A stretch of 64,000 bases of DNA from NCBI GenBank assembly GCA_035939335.1, contig DASZFY010000047.1, forward strand, positions 11,604-75,603. The letters run 5' to 3'. The position numbers were made by a program, and so were the translations under genes. Below are positions 28,394 through 39,417 of the stretch, piece after piece; within the stretch, counting starts at the first letter, position 1; each line of letters starts with the position of its first letter. This DNA is from Solirubrobacteraceae bacterium. GTDB lineage: Bacteria > Actinomycetota > Thermoleophilia > Solirubrobacterales > Solirubrobacteraceae. The notes under the pieces are model-generated. The model saw nothing but the letters and a program-made list of their open reading frames with translations, ran no database searches and was not told the DNA's origin.

Positions 28394-30106
28394 TCAGACC
28401 TGCACGCGTGAGCGCGCGATGATGCCCTCGAAGTCCACCCCGGCGGGCAGCGTGCCGTACTCGAGGCCGCCGTCGCCGCCGAGACGCGACGCGCAGAATG
28501 CGTCGGCGACGGCCGGCGGCGCGCTGCGCACGAGCAGGGAGCCCTGCAGGCACAGCGCCATGCTTTCGACCACGCGCCGGGCGCGTTGCTCGAGCGTGGC
28601 GGGGTCGGTGAACTGGTGCTTGAGCTTGACGACGCTCGCGTCGAGCTGCGCGTTGGCGCCCTGCGCCTGCTCGACCTCGTGCAGGAACACCTCTAGCGAG
28701 CGCGGCGAGCGCGTGAGCGCGCGCAGCACGTCGAGGCTCATGACGTTGCCCGAGCCCTCCCAGATGGAGGCGAGCGGCGCCTCGCGGTACAGGCGCGGCA
28801 TGCCCGACTCCTCGACGTAGCCGGCGCCGCCAAGGCACTCGAGCGACTCGAACGCGTGGTTGGGGGCGCGCTTGCAGCTCCAGAACTTGCCAACGGCGGT
28901 GGCGAGGCGCTTGAACAGCTGCGCGTCGCTCTCGTTTTCGCCGGCGTCCACGTCGGCGTGTGCCTCGTCGTAGGCGCGCGCGAGGCGCATCGCCAGTGCG
29001 GTGGTGGCCTCTGACTCGAGGCACAGGTCGGCGAGCACGTTGCGCATCAGCGGCTGGTCGATGAGCGTCTTGCCGAACGCGCTGCGATGCGCGGTGTGGT
29101 GGGTGGCGCTGACGACGCCCGAGCGCATACCGGCGGCGGCGCCGATCACGCAGTCCAGGCGCGTGTGGCCGACCATCTCGATGATCGTGGGCACGCCGCG
29201 TCCGGGCTCGCCGACCATGCGCGCCCACGCGCCGTGGAACTCGACCTCGGAGGAGGCGTTGGAGTGGTTGCCGAGCTTGTCCTTGAGGCGCTGGATGTGA
29301 AACGCGTTGCGCGTGCCGTCGGGGAGGATGCGCGGCAGCAGGAAGCACGACAGGCCGTCGTCGGTCTGGGCGAGCACGAGGAAGATGTCGGACATAGGCG
29401 CCGAGCAGAACCACTTGTGCCCGACGATCTCGTACTCCGCGCCGGCGCCACCGCCGTTGAGCGCGCGCGCGACGGTGGTGTTGGCGCGCACGTCCGAGCC
29501 GCCCTGCTTCTCGGTCATCGCCATGCCCGAGATCGCACAGCCCTTCTCGGCTGCGGGGATCAGGCGCGGGTCATAATGCGTAGCCGTCACGAGCGGCTCC
29601 CACTCGCTCGCCAGCTCGGGCGTCGCGCGTAGCGCGGGGACGACGGCGAAGGTCATCGTGATGGGGCAGCAGAACCCGGCCTCGGCCTGCATGGCGGTCA
29701 TGTACAGCGCGGCGCGCGCGGTGTGCGCGGACGGCTCGTCACTCGTCCACGGCAGCGAGTGCAGCTCGTGCTCGACGCCCATCTTCATCAGCTGGTGCCA
29801 CGCGGGGTGGAACTCGACCTCGTCGATGCGGTTGCCGTAGCGGTCGAACGTGCGCAGCACTGGCTTGTTCTCGTTGGCGAGCCGCCCCCATTCCTGCTGA
29901 GGCCCGCCGGCGGCGCCGACGAATCGCCCGAGCAGGGAAGCGCGCTCGCTGACCCAGTCGGCACCCTCGCGCCGCACGGCCTCCACGAGCGGCAGGTTGC
30001 TGGTGAAGACGTCGATCCCCTCAAGGGGTGGCGGCTGGTTGAAGACCGTGTGCGTCCGCCACGGCGCGTCCCCCGTCGCTGCTCCCGACATAGTGCTGGC
30101 CATCAC
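28394..30106 (-). CDS. Acyl-CoA dehydrogenase, AidB-like
   Basis: THTVFNQPPPL, CPITMT, MAMTEKQGGSDV, GHKWFCSAP, RLKDKLGN, IWEGSGNV. Confidence 0.93.
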   Translation of the reverse strand: MMASTMSGAATGDAPWRTHTVFNQPPPLEGIDVFTSNLPLVEAVRREGADWVSERASLLGRFVGAAGGPQQEWGRLANENKPVLRTFDRYGNRIDEVEFHPAWHQLMKMGVEHELHSLPWTSDEPSAHTARAALYMTAMQAEAGFCCPITMTFAVVPALRATPELASEWEPLVTATHYDPRLIPAAEKGCAISGMAMTEKQGGSDVRANTTVARALNGGGAGAEYEIVGHKWFCSAPMSDIFLVLAQTDDGLSCFLLPRILPDGTRNAFHIQRLKDKLGNHSNASSEVEFHGAWARMVGEPGRGVPTIIEMVGHTRLDCVIGAAAGMRSGVVSATHHTAHRSAFGKTLIDQPLMRNVLADLCLESEATTALAMRLARAYDEAHADVDAGENESDAQLFKRLATAVGKFWSCKRAPNHAFESLECLGGAGYVEESGMPRLYREAPLASIWEGSGNVMSLDVLRALTRSPRSLEVFLHEVEQAQGANAQLDASVVKLKHQFTDPATLEQRARRVVESMALCLQGSLLVRSAPPAVADAFCASRLGGDGGLEYGTLPAGVDFEGIIARSRVQV

Positions 30107-30139
30107 ATGACAGTCAAGCAGAGAGTAGCCTGCGGCGCG

Positions 30140-31261
30140 ATGTCCAAGCCAGCCACCCTGATGCGGGCGTCGTTGGCGGCGTGCGTGGTGTTCCTGTCGC
30201 TGCTCGTTGGCAGCGCGGCGGGGGAAGTGGTGAGCGATGCGGCTGCGGAAGCGGCGGTACCGGATCTGAACCCCGAACCGCCGCGGCTGGCCTACCTGAC
30301 GGAGACGGCGACGTCGACGCCGAAGGTGTGGATCGCGGCGGCCGACGGCAGCGACGCGAAGCTACTGGGGCCTGGGCAGCAGCCGCTGCTGGCGCCCAAC
30401 GGGCAGTCGGTGGCGGTGTCGCTGTTCGGCGCCACACCCGGCGTTGACGAACATGGTCCGTCGATCGGCATCTACCCCGCGTCGGGCGCTCCGGTCGGGG
30501 ACTATCTCAGCCTCGAAACCGCCACGGCGACGCCGCTGGCGTGGTCGCCGGACTCGCGCTACCTGGCGGTGGAGCGCCAGTCGAACGGCACCACGAACAT
30601 CGCCGCTGGCTCCGGCCTGGATGTGATCGACACGCAAACGGGCGCCGTCACGCCGATCGCCGCCGGCACGATCTACGGCGCGAGCTTCGCCCGCGACGGC
30701 AGCGACCGGCTGGTGTTCGGGCTGTCGCACTCGGAATCGTTTGCAGGCGGGGTAAACGTGTACATGGGCGAAGCGGACGGCGCTGGCGTGCACCGCATTA
30801 CCAGCGACGGACGCAGTCTCAACCCGCTGTGGGGACCCACGTACATCGCGTACGACCGCGAGCGCAGCCGTCACCTGTCGCCGGAATACCAGGTCTGGCT
30901 GGCGACGCCAGCGGGGGTGCGGGTGCGCAGGCTCACGCACATCGCCGTCGGCTCGCTCGTGCAGGGGCTGGTGCCGCTAGCGTTCTCCTCCAACGGCAGC
31001 AGGCTGCTGGCGGAGTTCGAGGGCCAGGACACGAGCGGCGCGTACACGGTGAACGTCGTGTCCGGGCACGCGCACAGCGTGACCGTCCACGGCCAGACGG
31101 TTCAGGGCGCGGGCATCTCCGGCGACGGCAGCACGCTGCTGCTCGACGCGGGCTCGTTCGAGCAGCCGCCGTCGCACGGGCGCATCGTGACGGTTCCGTT
31201 CGCCGGCGGGCACGCGACCACGCTCGTGGCGCATGGCTCGCAGGCCAGCTGGAACGACTGA
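30140..31261 (+). CDS. Secreted TolB/PD40-like beta-propeller protein
   Basis: Signal peptide; repeated APNGQ/WSPDSR/ARDGS/SSNGS/SGDGS blade motifs. Confidence 0.75.
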   Translation: MSKPATLMRASLAACVVFLSLLVGSAAGEVVSDAAAEAAVPDLNPEPPRLAYLTETATSTPKVWIAAADGSDAKLLGPGQQPLLAPNGQSVAVSLFGATPGVDEHGPSIGIYPASGAPVGDYLSLETATATPLAWSPDSRYLAVERQSNGTTNIAAGSGLDVIDTQTGAVTPIAAGTIYGASFARDGSDRLVFGLSHSESFAGGVNVYMGEADGAGVHRITSDGRSLNPLWGPTYIAYDRERSRHLSPEYQVWLATPAGVRVRRLTHIAVGSLVQGLVPLAFSSNGSRLLAEFEGQDTSGAYTVNVVSGHAHSVTVHGQTVQGAGISGDGSTLLLDAGSFEQPPSHGRIVTVPFAGGHATTLVAHGSQASWND

Positions 31262-31309
31262 CGCTGCGTAGATACGATCGCGCACATTTTTAGAAAAATG
31301 GGTTAGGCA

Positions 31310-31402
31310 ACACGCCGCCTCGCCGCTTCGCTGTGGATCACGCGACACGCTGCCTCGCCGCCTGGCCGTGGATCACGCGACACGCGCCTTCCGCTTCGCC
31401 AC
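31310..31402. repeat. 35-bp tandem repeat (~2.5 copies) upstream of icd
   Basis: ACACGCYGCCTCGCCGCYTSGCYGTGGATCACGCG at 31310 and 31345, partial copy at 31380. Confidence 0.75.
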
Positions 31403-31524
31403 CGGGCCGTGGGGAATGGACGCCCACCCACCCGCGATAGCATCGGCCGCCCCATCCCCCGGAGGAACGGCGCATCCCCTATGCGCAAACGGCCTCCGAC
31501 CTAGAAAGACAGCAAGGACCGCAA

Positions 31525-33719
<2,195 letters not shown>

Positions 33720-33726
33720 AAAATCG

Positions 33727-33763
33727 AAAAGGGGCGTGGTCACCAAGACCACGCCCCTAATTT
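33727..33763. terminator. Intrinsic terminator, probably bidirectional
   Basis: 12-bp stem AGGGGCGTGGTC/GACCACGCCCCT with A/T-rich flanks between convergent genes. Confidence 0.8.
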
Positions 33764-33809
33764 CAACCCTGCCTCTGCGGACCGATTTCAGTGATCGGGG
33801 GCGACGAGA

Positions 33810-34295
33810 CTAGCCCTTGGGGTACCAGCCGCGGCCTTTCTTCTCTACCTTGTTTTCCTGCTCGAGCCCGGGCAGGACGCGGTAGAGGTAGTTCTGCTTG
33901 ATGCCCATCTTGGCGGCGAGCTCGGGGATGGTGATGCCGGGCTGCCCCTGCACGAATGACCGCGCCTCGGCGGCGCGAGTGCCGCTGCCTTTGCGTCGGC
34001 CTGCGCGCCTTTTGGCCGGACGACCAGGTTTGCCGGGTGCTTTGGGTGCGGCGACGGCCGCGGTGGCGGTGGTGGCGGCGGCTTTTTTGCGCGTGCTCGA
34101 CCCTTTCGGACGTCCGGGCCCGCGGCGGCGGGTGGTGACTGCGGTGATTGCGGAGGAGCTGGAGGACGTCGATCCGCCGACGCCGGCGAGAGCCGCCGCG
34201 GCGGCCTCGAGACGGCTGTACTCGTCCACGAGGGGTTTCAGCTCTTTCAGTCTGTTGGTGATCTCTTGGCGCTTCTCGTCAAGGAAGTCGGTCAC
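33810..34295 (-). CDS. Basic DNA-binding protein: coiled coil + AT-hook-like motifs + winged HTH
   Basis: N-terminal heptad helix; RRRGPGRPKGS and KPGRPAK; C-terminal ITIPELAAKMGIKQNYLYRVL...VEKKGRGWY. Confidence 0.75.
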   Translation of the reverse strand: MTDFLDEKRQEITNRLKELKPLVDEYSRLEAAAAALAGVGGSTSSSSSAITAVTTRRRGPGRPKGSSTRKKAAATTATAAVAAPKAPGKPGRPAKRRAGRRKGSGTRAAEARSFVQGQPGITIPELAAKMGIKQNYLYRVLPGLEQENKVEKKGRGWYPKG

Positions 34296-34361
34296 GGTTG
34301 AATCCTCTTCACTAGTGTCGATGTGGTCTGAAACTCACATCTTTGGTTGGTTCACCTTACA

Positions 34362-34820
34362 CTAGTTGCGCTTGACGATCGGCTCCAGGTATGCACGGAG
34401 ACGTTCAAGTGTGCGGTTTGCCTCACGCTCGGGCATGCCGCCGACGAGCGCGCGGCTGACCAGCGCGCCGACGGGGCCGAGGGGTGGGCGGAATTCGTTG
34501 CGGTAGTCAAAGCGGGTGCCTCCGTGCTCGGCGCTGAGCACGTATTCGCTGTGCGCGCGCGAGCGCGCGGGGCCGCGCCCCTCCCACACGGCGAGCTCGT
34601 GGGCGCGGCATTGCACGAGTGTCCAGTGAACCTCGAGGCTGACGCCGCGCAGGTGGATTTGCTGGTCCATGGTGTATCCGACGCGCGCCGGACCGTCGTC
34701 GGCGTGTACGAGCTTGCGATGAATCGTGACCCACTCGCCGAGGTGGGACGGGTTCATGACGGTCTTCCACACATCGTCGGGCGGCGCTGCGATGTGGATG
34801 GACGCTGTGACGAGGCTCAT
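34362..34820 (-). CDS. SRPBCC/polyketide cyclase family protein
   Basis: SIHIAAPPDDVWKTV...W, C-terminal LERLRAYLE; ATG overlaps the upstream stop. Confidence 0.88.
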   Translation of the reverse strand: MSLVTASIHIAAPPDDVWKTVMNPSHLGEWVTIHRKLVHADDGPARVGYTMDQQIHLRGVSLEVHWTLVQCRAHELAVWEGRGPARSRAHSEYVLSAEHGGTRFDYRNEFRPPLGPVGALVSRALVGGMPEREANRTLERLRAYLEPIVKRN

Positions 34821-35836
34821 CGGGCTGCCAGGCGCTCGGTTTGCTCCCATTCGGCCAGCGCATGCTCGACGGCCGAGTCGAACGAATGCAGCCGCACGCG
34901 GAGCAGCTCGGCGGCGTGATCGTCCGCGGGCAGCAGGTCTCCCTGCAGTCCCTCCATCAGTGGCAGCACCAGCTGGGGGTCCTCGCCGGCGATCGCCGCG
35001 GCCAGGCGCGCGGTGACGCCTGTGAGATTCACTTTGAGCGTGACGGTAGGACGGTTGACGAGCATCAGCTCGGCGATGCTACTCAGCATGTCGCCGTAGG
35101 TGAGCACGTCGGGGCCGGCGATGTCGAGTGAGCGTTGTGGTGGGCTGGCGGTGGCACACGCGGCGAGCATCTCGATCACGTCGCGTGCGTCGATCGGTTG
35201 TGTGCGCAGCGTGTGCCACGCGGGCAGCGTGAGCACGGGCAGTCGCTCGAGCAGGTGCACCAGCAGCCGAAACGAGCGTGAGCGCGCGCCGATGACGATC
35301 GACGCGCGCAGCGCGAGCGAGTCGGGCAGTGCGTCGAGCAGCACGCGCTCGACGTGCGCGCGGCTTGCCAGGTGGCGTGAGATCTGCACGTCGGCGTCGG
35401 TGCCCGCGCGTTCCGCGGTCGCGTTCGCGCGCGCGCGCGGCGTGAGCCCGCCGAGGTACACGATGCGGCGCACGCCCGCGTGCACGGCCGCGTGGGCGAA
35501 GTTCTCGGCGGCGAGCGTCTCGCGCTCAGGGAACGACAGGTGGTCGGTTGTTGGGCGCTCCATGGAGTGGATCAGGTAATACGCGACGTCGATATCGGCG
35601 AGCGCCGCGGCGAGCCCGTCTGCGCTGAGAACGTCCGCGCGCGCCACCTCCACATCCATGTCCACATCCGTGTCCTCGCCGCTCGGTCGCGTGGAGCTGG
35701 TGTGGCTTTGCGCGAGCGCGGCGCGCACGCGCTGCGGCTCGCGGCCCATTGCGCGGACGGTGTGTCCGTCGGCGCGCAGGCGGGGAACGAGCAGCGAGCC
35801 GGCGAATCCGCTGGCGCCGGTGACGAGGATGCGCAT
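34817..35836 (-). CDS. NAD(P)-binding atypical SDR/epimerase
   Basis: ILVTGASGFAG, AYYLIHSM, HLASR, QPIDARD. Confidence 0.88.
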   Translation of the reverse strand: MRILVTGASGFAGSLLVPRLRADGHTVRAMGREPQRVRAALAQSHTSSTRPSGEDTDVDMDVEVARADVLSADGLAAALADIDVAYYLIHSMERPTTDHLSFPERETLAAENFAHAAVHAGVRRIVYLGGLTPRARANATAERAGTDADVQISRHLASRAHVERVLLDALPDSLALRASIVIGARSRSFRLLVHLLERLPVLTLPAWHTLRTQPIDARDVIEMLAACATASPPQRSLDIAGPDVLTYGDMLSSIAELMLVNRPTVTLKVNLTGVTARLAAAIAGEDPQLVLPLMEGLQGDLLPADDHAAELLRVRLHSFDSAVEHALAEWEQTERLAAR

Positions 35837-36052
35837 CGGCGCTGATGATGACCGGTCGCGCATGGAACGTCCGGAAAGTGCGGCGTGTTAGGAGCGATTG
35901 TCACAAGAACGTGACTGCTTGCGGGCTATTTCCGGGTAGCAGAGTTTTTGTCTGCGATTTGCGGGCTGGGCGCTGGCGGTCCCTTGAGCGGCGGGGCGTT
36001 TGGTGCTTTGATCGCTGCGCGTCCGTTCAAATCCGACTCGCAGCGTGGGGGT

Positions 36053-36304
36053 ATGTTGGTGCAGGCAAAGCAGACCAAGCGAGTGCCGAAGCGCTCGCCG
36101 CACAAAGTGAGCTGTGATGAGTGCTACTTCCGCGTGAACCTGCTGTGTGCGCTCGAGCTGTCCGAGCCGTGTGCGACGTTCCGACCGAATGAGGCTCAGT
36201 TGAAACCGCCGCAGCAGTTGCGCTTCGTGTTTCGCCAGGAGCGCCGCACGCGTGCGGCGTGGGCGTTTCCGTCCGCCCAGGAGCAGGCCGCGCTGCACGC
36301 GTAG
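36053..36304 (+). CDS. Small Cys-rich hypothetical protein
   Basis: 83 aa, CDEC-x7-C-x7-C. Confidence 0.65.
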   Translation: MLVQAKQTKRVPKRSPHKVSCDECYFRVNLLCALELSEPCATFRPNEAQLKPPQQLRFVFRQERRTRAAWAFPSAQEQAALHA

Positions 36305-36379
36305 CGGGCCTGTGGACCCGCCCTGGAGGGGTATATTGGGTCGCAGACCTGCAAGCTTTCGGCAGAGGCGGTGGCCCCA

Positions 36380-36835
36380 ATGGCAGCGAAGGACAGTTTC
36401 GGCAAGGCCGGTGACGCGGCGCGCGCAGCGCAGTCGAGCCGGTACATCCAGCGTCTGCTCGAGGACGAGGAGCTGCGCTCCAACCTGCTCTCGGCGTACG
36501 CGGCGGCCCGCAGCGCGTACGGGCGCATGAGCAACGGCAAGCCCGCCACACAGGCGCTGTTCGAGGATCGCAAGCTCCAGCGCGAGCTGACGGATGCGGT
36601 GAGCTCGCTGCGTCTGGCGACCAACTCGCTGCTGGAGCCGGCGAAGCCGCCACGGCGCCGCGGCGGGCTGGGACGCTCGCTGCTGTTGCTGGGGATCGGC
36701 TCGGTGCTGGCGATCGCGCTGAGCGAGAGCCTGCGTACGAAGGTGCTCGACGTGCTGTTCGGCGCGGAGGAGGAGTTCGACTACACCACGACGACCACTC
36801 CCGAGACGCCGGCCCCGGCGGGCGTCGGCAGCTGA
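36380..36835 (+). CDS. Hypothetical protein with one hydrophobic segment
   Basis: Helical N-terminus, one TM, GAEEEFDY tail; typical codon usage. Confidence 0.7.
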   Translation: MAAKDSFGKAGDAARAAQSSRYIQRLLEDEELRSNLLSAYAAARSAYGRMSNGKPATQALFEDRKLQRELTDAVSSLRLATNSLLEPAKPPRRRGGLGRSLLLLGIGSVLAIALSESLRTKVLDVLFGAEEEFDYTTTTTPETPAPAGVGS

Positions 36836-36858
36836 GCCGGGCGCGCACGCAGGGGAGC

Positions 36859-37536
36859 ATGAGCGTGGACGCAGCGGTAGTGGCGGACCGGGAGCTCGCG
36901 GACGGCGATCCGGGTGGGAGCTCCGCGGATCGCCCGAGCGAGGTTCGCGCGCGCTCGCTCGCGGGCGAGAAGGCGCAGCGGATCATTGACGCGATGCGGC
37001 GCAGTGTCGCGCGGCGCGGAACCGCCGCGTCTACCTTCGATCACGTCTCGCGTGAGGCGGGCGTGTCGAGGGGCCTGCTGCACTATTACTTCGGCACCAA
37101 GGAGCAGCTGCTGGCGGAGGCTGTGAGGCGCGACTGCGAGTTGCGTCTCGAGCGTCTGGAGCGCCAGTTGTCAACCGCCAAGACGGCCGATGACTTCATC
37201 GATCTGATGGCGCAGAACCTGCAGGAGACGATCAGCACGGACCCCGACTTCGTGACGCTGATATTTGAGCTGTTCACGCTGTCGCGTCGCAATGCGGACA
37301 TCGCGCTCGAGTACGCGGGGCTGATGCGCAGCACCCGCGAGCACGTGGCGGGGATGCTGGCGGCGGCGCAGCGCGAGGGTGTGCTGCGCTTGCACGCGGA
37401 GCCCGAGGCGGTGGCGGAGGTCCTGTTCTCGCTCGGCGACGGCCTCGCCCTGCGCATGCTGAGCGAGCCGGAGCGCGATTTCAGCGACACGGTCCACGCG
37501 GGCATCACGTGCGCGCGAGCGCTGCTGACCGACTAG
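36859..37536 (+). CDS. TetR/AcrR-family regulator
   Basis: VSREAGVSRGLLHYYFGTKEQL. Confidence 0.93.
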   Translation: MSVDAAVVADRELADGDPGGSSADRPSEVRARSLAGEKAQRIIDAMRRSVARRGTAASTFDHVSREAGVSRGLLHYYFGTKEQLLAEAVRRDCELRLERLERQLSTAKTADDFIDLMAQNLQETISTDPDFVTLIFELFTLSRRNADIALEYAGLMRSTREHVAGMLAAAQREGVLRLHAEPEAVAEVLFSLGDGLALRMLSEPERDFSDTVHAGITCARALLTD

Positions 37537-37634
37537 CACACCCATCCCTGGCTCGTCCGGCCTCGTCCTCGCCTCGTCGTCGCCTTGTCTGGCCTGACGG
37601 TCCGGGCACGGACGCTCCTATAATCGCCAGCGCG

Positions 37635-38051
37635 ATGCCGATCTACGAGTACAGGCGCCCGGACGGCACCACGTTCGACATCCAGCAGTCCTTCAGCGAA
37701 GACCCGCTGAAGGTCGACCCCGACACGGGCGTGCCGGTGGAGCGTGTGCTGCACGCGCCGGCGGTTCACTTCAAGGGCAAAGGCTTCTACAACACCGACT
37801 ACGGCACGCGCAACCGCCAGCGCGAGACAGCGGCGGCAGCTGCTGACAAGTCCTCTTCTGGCGAGAAGTCTTCTTCCGGCGAGAAGTCCTCCTCTGGCGA
37901 GAAGGCCTCTTCTGGCGAGAAGTCCTCGGCGAAAGGCGACACGTCTTCCTCCTCGGACGGCAAGTCCTCGGACGCCAAGGGCGGCGGCGCGAAAGGCGCG
38001 TCCAAGTCGGGGTCGGGCGACTCGTCGAAGCCGGTGGCGGCGAAGGGCTGA
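37635..38051 (+). CDS. FmdB-family zinc-ribbon-like protein lacking cysteines, with Ser/Lys-rich tail
   Basis: MPIYEY...FKGKGFYNTDY; TATAAT 10 nt upstream. Confidence 0.85.
   Translation: MPIYEYRRPDGTTFDIQQSFSEDPLKVDPDTGVPVERVLHAPAVHFKGKGFYNTDYGTRNRQRETAAAAADKSSSGEKSSSGEKSSSGEKASSGEKSSAKGDTSSSSDGKSSDAKGGGAKGASKSGSGDSSKPVAAKG
37848..37928 (+). repeat. 18-bp coding tandem repeat (KSSSGE, ~4.5 copies)
   Basis: AAGTCCTCTTCTGGCGAG-like units at 37848, 37866, 37884, 37902 and 37920. Confidence 0.85.
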
Positions 38052-38114
38052 GCCGGGTTTCGCGCAGCAGAGGCTGGCGCAGCAGAGGCTCAAGCTTATT
38101 CTCTCGTAAAAACT

Positions 38115-38136
38115 CTGTATAACGATGGTGGTACAG
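38115..38136. repeat. Dispersed AT-rich palindrome, copy 4 (inverted; CTGTATAAC-GATG-GTGGTACAG)
   Basis: Arms extend perfectly by TAAAAACT (38107-38114) / AGTTTTTA (38137-38144); between convergent genes. Confidence 0.82.
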
Positions 38137-38210
38137 AGTTTTTAGATGAAGTTATGGCGTGCGCACGGTCCGCGGACGCGAGCTCTGTGAACGCTCGCTT
38201 GTTGCGCGGA

Positions 38211-39356
38211 TCAGCCGCTCATGAATTGCGCGACGTCGCGCGTGCGCGCTTGTTCTGAGATCGTGAGGCCTTCTTCGCCGCTGGGCAGCGTGATCTGCCC
38301 GGTGGGCAGCAGCACGTGTGTGGGTGGCGTGCCGGTGACGGCGAGCGCGCTGAACATGCCGAGCAGTTCGGCGCCGCTCATGTCGGAGATGATCGCGGGC
38401 GGGGCGTCCCAGGCGATCCAGGGCAGCCGGAAGAAGCTCGACGGGCTCTTGAGCTGATTCTTCATGTCGTTGAACAGCGCCTGCTGATGTTCCTCGCGCT
38501 GGATGTCGTTCTCGTTGGATGCGCATAGGTTCTCGCGTGTTCGCGCGAGCGCGAGCGCCTGCTTGCCGTCGAGGTGGTGTGTGCCGGCGCTGAGGCGCAG
38601 CGTGAAGCCGCCGTTGGCCGAGCCGCCGTCGAGCTTGGAGATGACGCAGCCGCCGGTGTAGGTGACGCCGCCCATGGATTCGATCAGCTGAGGGAAGTTT
38701 TCGAAGTTGACTTCGACGACGTGGTTGATGGGAATGCCGAGCCAGTGCTTGATCACGGAGACGGACTCGGCGGGTCCGCCGTACGCGTGCGCGGCGTTGA
38801 CCTTTTGCAGTCCGTGGCCTGGGATTTCGATGACTGTGTCGCGGGGGATGGACAGCCGCGCGGCGTGCCCGCCGCCGGTGCGGATCAGCATGATCGTGTC
38901 GGAGCGGCCGAACCCGGTGGTTTCGGCGCCGGGTTCCTTGCTGTTTTTCTGACGCCGGTCGGAGCCGAGCACGAGGATGTTGTTGGCTGACGTGAGCGGA
39001 TACCCCCCGGGATCGAGCACACTGGAGACGTCGCTGGGCAGCGGGGTGCGTTCGAAGTGCGAGCTGACGAGGAACAGCACGAGCGACAGCAAGATCCAGC
39101 CGACGGCGAGCGCGAGCAGGCTGAGCACGATCCGCTTCGGCCGCGCCCAGCGCCGCCAGTCGCGCGAGCCGCCGCCGCGGGCTCCGCCGCCGCGGCGGGG
39201 ACCGCGGCCGCCGAGGTGCGTGCCGGCGCGCCCCCCGCGCGCGGAGTCCTCGGCGACGCCGACGGGGCCGCCGGCGCTGTCGTCGGCGCCGCGCAGCAGG
39301 CGCGGCCGCGCTCGGTAGCGCGTGTAGCGTGGGGGTTCGTCGCGGTGGTCGGCCAT
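38211..39356 (-). CDS. LytR-CpsA-Psr (LCP) family protein
   Basis: NILVLGSDRR, RSDTIM, LSIPRD, KVNAA, ALALARTR; ATG 39356. Confidence 0.93.
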   Translation of the reverse strand: MADHRDEPPRYTRYRARPRLLRGADDSAGGPVGVAEDSARGGRAGTHLGGRGPRRGGGARGGGSRDWRRWARPKRIVLSLLALAVGWILLSLVLFLVSSHFERTPLPSDVSSVLDPGGYPLTSANNILVLGSDRRQKNSKEPGAETTGFGRSDTIMLIRTGGGHAARLSIPRDTVIEIPGHGLQKVNAAHAYGGPAESVSVIKHWLGIPINHVVEVNFENFPQLIESMGGVTYTGGCVISKLDGGSANGGFTLRLSAGTHHLDGKQALALARTRENLCASNENDIQREEHQQALFNDMKNQLKSPSSFFRLPWIAWDAPPAIISDMSGAELLGMFSALAVTGTPPTHVLLPTGQITLPSGEEGLTISEQARTRDVAQFMSG

Positions 39357-39417
39357 CGGGTGGACCCTATATTTGCGGCATGACTCCCACGGAGGCGCCG
39401 GTCGGGCGGCTTGCAAG

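Noticed and set aside
31455-31524. c-di-GMP-I riboswitch-like words upstream of icd (GCAAA..GCCTCCGACCTA..GACAGC)
   Set aside because: The GAAA-capped P2 stem and a P1 helix could not be built; a cmscan would settle it.
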